Part shown: in pieces, positions 57,288-64,000 of the stretch
Numbering within the stretch: position 1 is the stretch's first letter
How the letters are laid out: every line of letters starts with the position of its first letter
From: an uncultured Actinomycetes bacterium
GTDB taxonomy: Bacteria; Actinomycetota; Thermoleophilia; UBA2241
DNA length: 64,000 nucleotides
Direction of reading: 5' to 3'
Assembly (NCBI GenBank): GCA_963725665.1
Contig: CAVRZA010000003.1
Span: 32,001-96,000 of the forward strand
The notes under the pieces: model-generated
What the model was told of the DNA's origin: nothing
The model's database searches: none
What the model saw: only the letters and a program-made list of their open reading frames with translations
Program-made: the position numbers and the translations under genes

Positions 57288-58781
57288 ATGGTCATCACAC
57301 GACAGACGACGATCCACACCCTCGTGAAGGAGTACCCCTTCCTCATCGACTACCTCGTGGACTACAACCCCGAGTTCAAGAAGCTGGCCAACCCCGTCCT
57401 GCGGCGCACCATGGGTCGTATGGCGACGCTCGAGCGCGCTGCCGGTATGGCCGGCGTGCCGCTCGAACAGCTGCAGCACGACATCGCGGCTGAGATCGAG
57501 CGTGTCACCGGTATCATGCCCGAGGTGCGCGCCGCGGCCGGCTTCGCCGACGTCGACCAGGCGCGTCAGGAGGAGCTCAAGGCTATCGTCAGGGAGCTGC
57601 ACGCCGGGGCCTCGCCAGACGACTTGAAAGACCGCTTCGCCGAGCTGATCGAAGACGTCGACGCCACCGAGATCGCGGCCATGGAGCAGCGGCTCATCGA
57701 GGAGGGGATCCCGGAGACCGAGGTGAAGCGCCTCTGCGATGTGCACGTTCAGGTCTTCGCCGAGTCCCTCGATGAGCACGAAGCGGTGCAGGCTCCGGCC
57801 GGGCACCCCGTCGACACGTTCATGCGCGAGAACCAGGCCTTCCGCCAGGTTCTCGTCTCGCTGCGCAAGGTCAGCGAAGCCATCGGCCGGCCGGCGCGGC
57901 GTGAGGAGTGGGAGAGGCTCACGCCGGCCTTCCGCGCGACCGTCGACCGCGTGCGCGAGTTCGAACGTCACTACGTGCGCAAGGAGAACCAGCTCTTTCC
58001 GTTTCTCGAGCGCCACGGGGTCGAAGGGCCCTCGAAGGTGATGTGGGCGCTCCATGACGACATCCGTGCCGTGATCCGCGAGCTGCGCGCGGCCCTCGAC
58101 CGACAGGACCCCGATGCGGCCGTGCAGCACGCGGAGGAGCTCGTCACGATGGGCGACGACATGATCTACAAGGAGGAGAAGATCCTCTTCCCGATGGCCA
58201 TGGACAACCTCTCCGACGAGGAGTGGGTCGAGATCAGGCGCGGCGAGCCTGAGATCGGCTACGCCCTCATCGGCGAGCCGTCGGGCTGGCCCAACGTCAC
58301 GGTCCCCGCCGGCGACGGCGGCGCGGCCACTCCGGGTGCTGCGGCCATCCCGCCTCCCGGCGCCATCGAGGCTTCCCGCGCGGGCCTCGCGCTCGACACC
58401 GGCGTCCTGACCCTGGAGCAGCTCAACGAGATGCTGCGCGCGCTGCCCGTCGACGTCACCTACGTCGATGAGAACGACCAGGTGCGCTACTACTCCGAAG
58501 GCGAGCGCGTGTTCCCGCGCAGTCCGGCGGTGATCGGGCGCAAGGTGCAGAACTGCCACCCGCCGGCGAGCGTACACAAGGTGCTGCAGATCCTCGACGC
58601 CTTCCGCGCCGGCGATAAGGACGTGGCTGAGTTCTGGATCGAGTCCGCGGGACGCTTCATCTACATCCGCTACTTCGCGTTGCGCGGCGACGACGGGATC
58701 TACCGCGGCACGCTTGAAGTCGTGCAGGACGCGACGCGGGTGCGCGAGCTGGAAGGCCAGCGCCGGCTGCTCGACTGGTGA
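57288..58781 (+). CDS. DUF1858/DUF438-hemerythrin-PAS protein
   Basis: IAAMEQRLI...LCDVH, HYVRKENQLFP, MWALHD, KEEKILFP, VQNCHPP. Confidence 0.88.
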   Translation: MVITRQTTIHTLVKEYPFLIDYLVDYNPEFKKLANPVLRRTMGRMATLERAAGMAGVPLEQLQHDIAAEIERVTGIMPEVRAAAGFADVDQARQEELKAIVRELHAGASPDDLKDRFAELIEDVDATEIAAMEQRLIEEGIPETEVKRLCDVHVQVFAESLDEHEAVQAPAGHPVDTFMRENQAFRQVLVSLRKVSEAIGRPARREEWERLTPAFRATVDRVREFERHYVRKENQLFPFLERHGVEGPSKVMWALHDDIRAVIRELRAALDRQDPDAAVQHAEELVTMGDDMIYKEEKILFPMAMDNLSDEEWVEIRRGEPEIGYALIGEPSGWPNVTVPAGDGGAATPGAAAIPPPGAIEASRAGLALDTGVLTLEQLNEMLRALPVDVTYVDENDQVRYYSEGERVFPRSPAVIGRKVQNCHPPASVHKVLQILDAFRAGDKDVAEFWIESAGRFIYIRYFALRGDDGIYRGTLEVVQDATRVRELEGQRRLLDW

Positions 58782-58865
58782 GGGGTCCGTCTGGCGCCGG
58801 GCGCTGTGGGTCGCCGACCGGCGCCTGAGGCATCCCGTGAACGCGACGCTCCAAGGGAGGACGAC

Positions 58866-59291
58866 ATGACGCTGGACCTGCGCTACGGGACGCTGGCGGG
58901 AGCACCGCAGGCGGGCGGGCTCTCGGCAGAGGAGACGGACCTCATCCTGCGACACCTGCCCGTGCAGACGTCGTTCGCCGACGCCGAGGGGACGCTGTTG
59001 TGGTGGCACGGCGAGATCTTCGCCGACTGCGAAGAGCGCTCGATCGGCCGTCACGTCAACGACTGCCACGCGCCGTCGTCACGGCCGACGATCGATCGCA
59101 TGGTCGAGGAGTTCCGCGCCGGGACCAAGGATGCGGCGACCTTCTGGAAGCTCGATGAGGGTCGGCTGATCCTGTTCCGCTACATCGCCGTGCGCGACGA
59201 CGGGGGCGCCTACCGCGGCATTCTCGAGACGCTCGAGGACATCACCGAGATCAAAGATCTCGAGGGCGAGAAGAAGACGCTCGACTGGTAG
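58866..59291 (+). CDS. stand-alone PAS_10-like protein
   Basis: LPVQTSFAD, IGRHVNDCH, YIAVRDDGGAYRGILE; similar to the C-terminus of the upstream gene. Confidence 0.82.
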   Translation: MTLDLRYGTLAGAPQAGGLSAEETDLILRHLPVQTSFADAEGTLLWWHGEIFADCEERSIGRHVNDCHAPSSRPTIDRMVEEFRAGTKDAATFWKLDEGRLILFRYIAVRDDGGAYRGILETLEDITEIKDLEGEKKTLDW

Positions 59292-59293
59292 CT

Positions 59294-59334
59294 GCTGGCG
59301 GGCGGCGGGCGGAGTCCGCCCGCCGCCCGCCAGC
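59294..59334. terminator. hairpin between convergent genes
   Basis: GCTGGCGGGCGGCGGGCGGA-G-TCCGCCCGCCGCCCGCCAGC. Confidence 0.65.
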
Positions 59335-59375
59335 TCGTCTCGACCGCAGTGCGTCAGCCCGCGCGGTGCCGGTCC

Positions 59376-60455
59376 CTAGTGCAGTGCCAGCTCGTGGGCG
59401 AGTTCGAAGTACTTCTCGTGCACGCCCTCGATGATCTCCTGCGACTCGACCGACTCGTACTGGCGCGCCAGCTCCTCGAGGTCGTGGTGCGTCAGCACGT
59501 GCCCGACCATGGGGAAGAGGACGTCGTCCTCCTTGTGCATGTGGTCCTCCAGGAGCTTCAGGTAGGCGTCGACCTTGTCGAGCAGCTCGGTGATGGCTCG
59601 CCTGTCGCCGGAGCGAGCGCGGGGGAGGTCGTCGCCGATGGTCTCCAGGCGGGTGCGCAGCTCGTCGTGGTCCTGCATCATCTCGGCCAGCACGCCCGTG
59701 CTGCTGCTCATGCCGCGCTCGAAGAGCTTGGCGAACAGCAGGCTCTCCTCTTTGTGGTCGTGGCAGGCGTCGAAGTAGTGCAGGAAGTCGATGAGCTGCT
59801 GCAGGATGTCGGGGTAGAACTCATCGCCCCCACGCACGCTGGCAGACCGTCGCCGCGCCGCAGCCACGACCAGGTAGCAGATCTTGTGCTCCTTCTGCAG
59901 CGTCTCGGTCGGCCGTCCAGAGAGCATTTGGGCAAGCTCCGAGTAGCGCTGCCGTACGCCGACGGCGACTTCCTCGCATTCGATCGAATCGAAGCCGAAT
60001 GCCAGCTCCTTTTGGTCCTCGTCGGTGAGCAACTCATTGGCCATGGGGAAGAGGATCTCCTCCTCATGGGCGACGTGGGAACGCATCAGTTTGAGGTAGG
60101 CGTCGAGCTGGGCCGCCAGCTCGGCCGCATCGCCGTCGCCGGTCTTCTTCATCGTCCGCAGCCAGTGTTCGATGTCGCGCAGGCGCGAGTGGAACTCCTG
60201 GTGCTCGCGGTAGAACTCGGCCAGGATGCCGGTGTCGTCGGGCAGTCCGCGCAGATGCAGGCGCGCGAAGAGAAGGTGCTCCTCCTTGGGATCGTGGCAG
60301 CCCTCAGTGAAGTACTCGAAGAAATCGACCAGCTCGTCGACGACATCGGGGCGGTACTCCCCGGTATCGCGCATGTAGCGGACCTCCTGCTCGGCCGCCT
60401 TCGTCACGAGGATCGCGAGCGAATGCTCTCTCGCCAGTGTGTCGGTCGGTCTCAT
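59376..60455 (-). CDS. tandem double hemerythrin-domain protein
   Basis: Two repeats of EH...CHDxKEE..LF...EH/DH...H..xE(E/D)..LFPM. Confidence 0.88.
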   Translation of the reverse strand: MRPTDTLAREHSLAILVTKAAEQEVRYMRDTGEYRPDVVDELVDFFEYFTEGCHDPKEEHLLFARLHLRGLPDDTGILAEFYREHQEFHSRLRDIEHWLRTMKKTGDGDAAELAAQLDAYLKLMRSHVAHEEEILFPMANELLTDEDQKELAFGFDSIECEEVAVGVRQRYSELAQMLSGRPTETLQKEHKICYLVVAAARRRSASVRGGDEFYPDILQQLIDFLHYFDACHDHKEESLLFAKLFERGMSSSTGVLAEMMQDHDELRTRLETIGDDLPRARSGDRRAITELLDKVDAYLKLLEDHMHKEDDVLFPMVGHVLTHHDLEELARQYESVESQEIIEGVHEKYFELAHELALH

Positions 60456-60819
60456 GGTCGCCTCCCTCTCGCCGTGCACGGCGCGGATACGACCTCGGTC
60501 CTGGGGTCACTCCGAGGACGGCGTCAAGGACGTATGTCGCCTGCATCTAGGGTACCCACCCTACGAGCAACAACGTATGGGGCAAAAGGTGTATTTGTGC
60601 CGAGGCAAACGACCCGTTTCTCGTGCAACGGGCTTGTCCACGTTGCTTGGGGTGAGGCGCGACGGAGGTAGGGCAAGACCCTAGGCGTCCCTCGCATGGG
60701 CTCGTTGGCTGCCTGTGGCGAGCCTTCCGTGCGGACCACGCGGAGGGTACTCTTGCCCTTTGCGTCCGCTGCGCTCAAGAGGCGGGCGTTTGCCGCCGGC
60801 GACTTCACGGGAGGCCTTC

Positions 60820-61749
60820 ATGCCGAGACCACCTATCGCGCACTGGGACGACGCCCCGCGGCAGCGGGTCGCGCGAGGGCCGTTCGACGCCTACTGGACG
60901 AGTCTCGGCGCCGCGGCCGGCGCTGTGACGACCGGCTTGCGCCGGCAGGAGATCGGACCCGGGAGGCGAGCGACTCCCGCTCACACGCATACGGCGGAGG
61001 AGGAGTTCTTCGTCGTGCTCGCCGGGTCCGGCCTCTGCTGGCTGGACGGCGAGAGCTTCGCCGTCGGGGCCGGCGACTGCCTTCTCTGCCTCGCCCGCGG
61101 GCCCGCGCACAGCCTCATCGCCGGCCCCGACGGTCTCGACGTGCTGGTCTTCGGGACGCGCGCGGAGACTGAGGCCTGCTGGCTGCCCCGAGCCGGCGTC
61201 GCCTGGCTCGGCCCAACGTGGGTGGACGTGGGCGGCGGCGAGCACCCCTGGGTGCGCGAGGCGGCGGCGGGGGAGCTCGAGACCGGCGAACCAGGAGCGC
61301 GGCCGGCGACGGTCGTGGCGAGCGACGAGGTGGCCGCCGTCGAGGCTGGGAAGGGACGCTCGGCGTTCAGGCAGCGCAAGATCGGCGACGCGCTAGGCTC
61401 GCGCAAGACGGGGCTGCGACACTTCGCTATCGTACCGGGCAAGTATGCGTTTCCGCCGCACGTCCACTCGGCGGAGGAAGAGGTCTTTGTCGTGCTCGAC
61501 GGCGACGGCGTCTGCGAGCTCGGCGACGAGACCCACGCGGTACGCCGCGGTCACGTCGTGGCGCGTCCCGCCGGCACGGGTGTGGCGCACGCGTTCCGCG
61601 CCGGCGACGACGGCCTCGATCTGCTGGCCTACGGCGAGCGCAAGCCCTACGACGTCGTGTACTACCCTCGTTCGCGCAAGGTGTCGTTCGGTGGCCTCGA
61701 CGTGATGATGCTGGTGCAGCCTGTGGGCTATTGGGACGGGGAAGAGTAA
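60820..61749 (+). CDS. bicupin protein
   Basis: PAHTHTAEEEFF...AHS and PPHVHSAEEEVF...AHA; GGAGG RBS. Confidence 0.88.
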   Translation: MPRPPIAHWDDAPRQRVARGPFDAYWTSLGAAAGAVTTGLRRQEIGPGRRATPAHTHTAEEEFFVVLAGSGLCWLDGESFAVGAGDCLLCLARGPAHSLIAGPDGLDVLVFGTRAETEACWLPRAGVAWLGPTWVDVGGGEHPWVREAAAGELETGEPGARPATVVASDEVAAVEAGKGRSAFRQRKIGDALGSRKTGLRHFAIVPGKYAFPPHVHSAEEEVFVVLDGDGVCELGDETHAVRRGHVVARPAGTGVAHAFRAGDDGLDLLAYGERKPYDVVYYPRSRKVSFGGLDVMMLVQPVGYWDGEE

Positions 61750-61859
61750 CTGACAACGCGGCCGATCGGGGCGCGGGGGCGGCGTCGTCGGCTGCGGCGA
61801 CGCCGCCCCCGTAGTTGGCCGCGCGGACGGCCGCCCCAGACCCCGCCCCCGCCGCCTGT

Positions 61860-62001
61860 CACGATAGATGTACGGCTTCTGCCGGCTGCCGCAGACCTCC
61901 ATGCTGAACCAGGATCTCTGCGAGTCCTCCTCGGTGTTCAGCGTGTCGACGAAGGCGCGCACGAGGGCCGGCTTGCCGGGAGCCTGTTGTCTGCCTGCCA
62001 C
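61860..62001 (-). pseudogene. CGNR zinc finger/ABATE regulator remnant
   Basis: APGKPALVRAFVDTL joined to RSWFSMEVCGSRQK (compare WCSMxxCGNRxK); middle deleted and ligands mutated. Confidence 0.6.
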
Positions 62002-62081
62002 CGTTCCTTCTTCGTCGCCCGACGGTGTCCCGGGTCGGTCACCGTGCCGCCTCGCGCGGGCAAGCTCACCACCAAAATGCG

Positions 62082-62109
62082 TTGACAAGTGACGCGTCAC
62101 CGCTATAAT
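62082..62109 (+). promoter_or_regulatory. consensus sigma70 promoter with a palindrome in the spacer
   Basis: TTGACA-16 bp-TATAAT; GTGACGCGTCAC at 62089-62100. Confidence 0.8.
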
Positions 62110-62150
62110 CAATTTGCAGGTAGCGACTTGTCGGTTGAGGAGGCGGAGCG

Positions 62151-62318
62151 ATGATGCCCATTCAGGGAGTCGAGTTCGAGCGCCAGAGGCGGCGCGGCCT
62201 AGACAAGATGGCAGCCGAAGGAGCCAGGCGGCGTCGCTGGGAGCTGGAGGCGAAGGCCGTGGGTGACGGGCTCGTTCTGTGGGCGCGACCGAACTGGACG
62301 GCAGGGTGGAAGGCGTAG
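62151..62318 (+). CDS. small 55-aa protein (not in the ORF track)
   Basis: GAGGAGG RBS; MMPIQGVEFERQRRRGLDKMAAEGARRRRWELEAKAVGDGLVLWARPNWTAGWKA; promoter upstream and hairpin downstream. Confidence 0.55.
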   Translation: MMPIQGVEFERQRRRGLDKMAAEGARRRRWELEAKAVGDGLVLWARPNWTAGWKA

Positions 62319-62369
62319 GGAGGACCACCTGAGCGCCGCCGAATCGGCGGCGGCTGGCGGACTCGTGCG

Positions 62370-62404
62370 TGCGGCGGGCGAGCTCTTCGAGCTCGCCCGC
62401 CGCA
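62370..62404 (+). terminator. hairpin after the small ORF
   Basis: TGCGGCGGGCGAGCTC-TTC-GAGCTCGCCCGCCGCA. Confidence 0.6.
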
Positions 62405-62521
62405 GCGCGCCGATAGGCAGCTCAGACAGCTAGTGGGAACCGCGATCGCTGCGGCCAGCCGCGTGACCGCCTACTGTATGCTTGCCCGCACAGGGGGTGC
62501 TTGCCGCAAAGGGGGTCATGC

Positions 62522-63226
62522 ATGGCGGATCAGCCGATCCTCGTAGGCGTCGATGTGGCCGCGCGCCGTCCGTGCACCGCGGTCGCGCTGCGCGGCGGGC
62601 GGACGGCGCGCGCCGTAGAGTGGCTCGAGACGAGCGACCGTGCGGCGCTGATCGACTGGATCGTCCGCTCGGGTCCGCAGGTCGTGGCGATAGATGCGCC
62701 GCAGGGGTGGAACCGGCGACTTCTCGGCGGGTCTTCCCGCCGCTCGCGCGTCTGCGACCATGAGCTGCTGCGCCGCGGCCTCGGCGTCTACCAGGTGCCG
62801 GCGAAGGCGGATGTCGACAACGGCACGGCGCGCCTGCCGGACTGGATCGGCGTGGGCTTTGAGCTCTTCCGCGCCTTGCGTCGTCGTGGCTTCGAGAGTC
62901 CGCCCGACGGCGCCATCCCCGGCGCCTTCGGGCAGCCCGCGGCCGTTATCGAGGTCTATCCGTACGCCGCTTTCGTCGCACTTCTCGGTCACCGGCCTCG
63001 CGCCAAGGCCGACCGTCAAGGCCTCGCCGCTCGTGTGCGCGTTCTGCGGCAAGCCGGCGTGGAGTGGGACGACTATTTCGACCACGACTCCCTCGACGCG
63101 CTGGCGGCCGGGTTCACGGGGTGGCGTTACCTGCAGGGGCGCGCGAGCGCGGTCGGCGACTCGCGTGAGGGCTTGCTCTGGCTGCCGGTCCCGCGGGGCG
63201 AACTCAAGGATAGCTACCGCGCTTGA
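62522..63226 (+). CDS. DUF429 family predicted nuclease (RNase H fold)
   Basis: VGVDVA, VAIDAP, RVCD, IEVYP, LDALAA. Confidence 0.8.
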   Translation: MADQPILVGVDVAARRPCTAVALRGGRTARAVEWLETSDRAALIDWIVRSGPQVVAIDAPQGWNRRLLGGSSRRSRVCDHELLRRGLGVYQVPAKADVDNGTARLPDWIGVGFELFRALRRRGFESPPDGAIPGAFGQPAAVIEVYPYAAFVALLGHRPRAKADRQGLAARVRVLRQAGVEWDDYFDHDSLDALAAGFTGWRYLQGRASAVGDSREGLLWLPVPRGELKDSYRA

Positions 63227-63254
63227 CCGCTCGCGCGGCGGGTAGACTCACGTC

Positions 63255-63764
63255 ATGAGCAGAGCCTTCGTAAAGGAGCCCGACGGCGGAACGCACGAGC
63301 CGATACCCGACCGGCCGCTGAGTGACCATCCCAACTATGTCTCGCCGGCCGGACTGGACGCGTTGCGCGCGAAGCTGGCCGACCTCGAGGGACGGCGCTC
63401 ACAGTTGGTGGCCGAGGGAGCGAGCGACGACCCGGCCGTCCAGGAGCAGATGGGCTACCTCGATCGCGACCTGCGCTACTACGCTGCGCGTCTCGAGAGC
63501 GCGATCCTCGTCGATCTGCTCACGCAGCCGCGCGGTGAGGTGGCCTTCGGCGCCGCCGTCGTCGCGCGCGACCAGCACGGCGCCGAGCACCGCTTCGTCA
63601 TCGTCGGCGAGGACGAGGCCGACGTGGCGCGCGACAAGGTGAGCTGGGTGTCGCCGGTGGCCGAGGCGCTGCTGGGAGCGCGACGAGGGGACGAGGTGGT
63701 CTGGCGGCGACCGGTCGGGGATCTGCGCCTCAGCGTCGAAGCGATCGACTACCCGGAGGCCTAA
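63255..63764 (+). CDS. GreA/GreB family elongation factor-like protein
   Basis: MSRAFVKE, NYVSPAG, VAFGA, IVGEDEAD...VSWVSPVAEALLG. Confidence 0.9.
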   Translation: MSRAFVKEPDGGTHEPIPDRPLSDHPNYVSPAGLDALRAKLADLEGRRSQLVAEGASDDPAVQEQMGYLDRDLRYYAARLESAILVDLLTQPRGEVAFGAAVVARDQHGAEHRFVIVGEDEADVARDKVSWVSPVAEALLGARRGDEVVWRRPVGDLRLSVEAIDYPEA

Positions 63765-64000
63765 ACCCCTCGCCTATCGCCTGCGCTTGGGGCGTCTTGG
63801 CGCTTCTGGACACGAGCCACGACGGCTGCGCCTGCACCTTCGCTAGGGGAAGCTCGCTGCGCGCCAGGCGGCGCAGAAGCATGTCCTCGTCGTCGGCCGC
63901 GCCGCTCACGACGATCTCGTCGGCGGCGCGGCAGAAGCGCGCCAGGTAGCGCCAGGCCAGCTCCTCGCGCAGCCCGTCGGCGGTCTGGCGGCGCACGGCG
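63730..64000 (-). CDS. partial C-terminus of a hypothetical protein
   Basis: Open frame running off the window end (REELAWRYLARFCRAADEIVV...); stop position uncertain because it overlaps the Gre gene. Confidence 0.3.
   Translation of the reverse strand, partial: AVRRQTADGLREELAWRYLARFCRAADEIVVSGAADDEDMLLRRLARSELPLAKVQAQPSWLVSRSAKTPQAQAIGEGFRPPGSRSLRR

Noticed and set aside
1-64000. Many long antisense or alternate-frame ORFs (for example 1745..2830, 30240..31727, 38932..40374, 57213..59069)
   Set aside because: These are shadow ORFs expected at high GC; they overlap well-supported genes and lack motifs.

Overview
High-GC bacterial window, probably an anaerobe-leaning actinobacterium (inferred from gene content only). 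It reads left to right as follows. (1) 1-3289: the right end of a tRNA-Phe-integrated island, with a 3' tRNA fragment, arm-type repeats, an integrase-like remnant, cvpA and an aldo/keto reductase. (2) tdh-kbl and a TauE exporter. (3) 7.5-25.1 kb: a catabolic island with a lower-GC Liv-type ABC transporter, Fe-ADH, MmgE/PrpD, an orphan SdhA, GntR, AtuA/DUF1446 plus DUF4387, and a fused B12 diol-dehydratase-like enzyme with an altered substrate pocket, its reactivase and an SDR. (4) An Fe-type SOD. (5) The standout locus, 27.3-31.8 kb on the minus strand: c-di-GMP-I riboswitch, then a secreted S8 protease ending in nine identical KYSWT repeats that vary only at silent codon positions, then a membrane PP2C phosphatase, an anti-sigma kinase and a STAS anti-anti-sigma. 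This is a candidate self-processed peptide-signal/partner-switch system. (6) Radical SAM, amidase, an HTH-multiGAF diguanylate cyclase, a PHP phosphatase and an activase/dehydratase pair. (7) MNT-HEPN toxin-antitoxin, MutY-like, ABC-F, a decaying cyclase/carbamoyltransferase/amidinotransferase operon, hemerythrin/PAS genes, cupins and a Gre factor. Three genes carry frameshifts and three carry internal deletions. All family calls come from motifs recognised by eye; no database searches were run.
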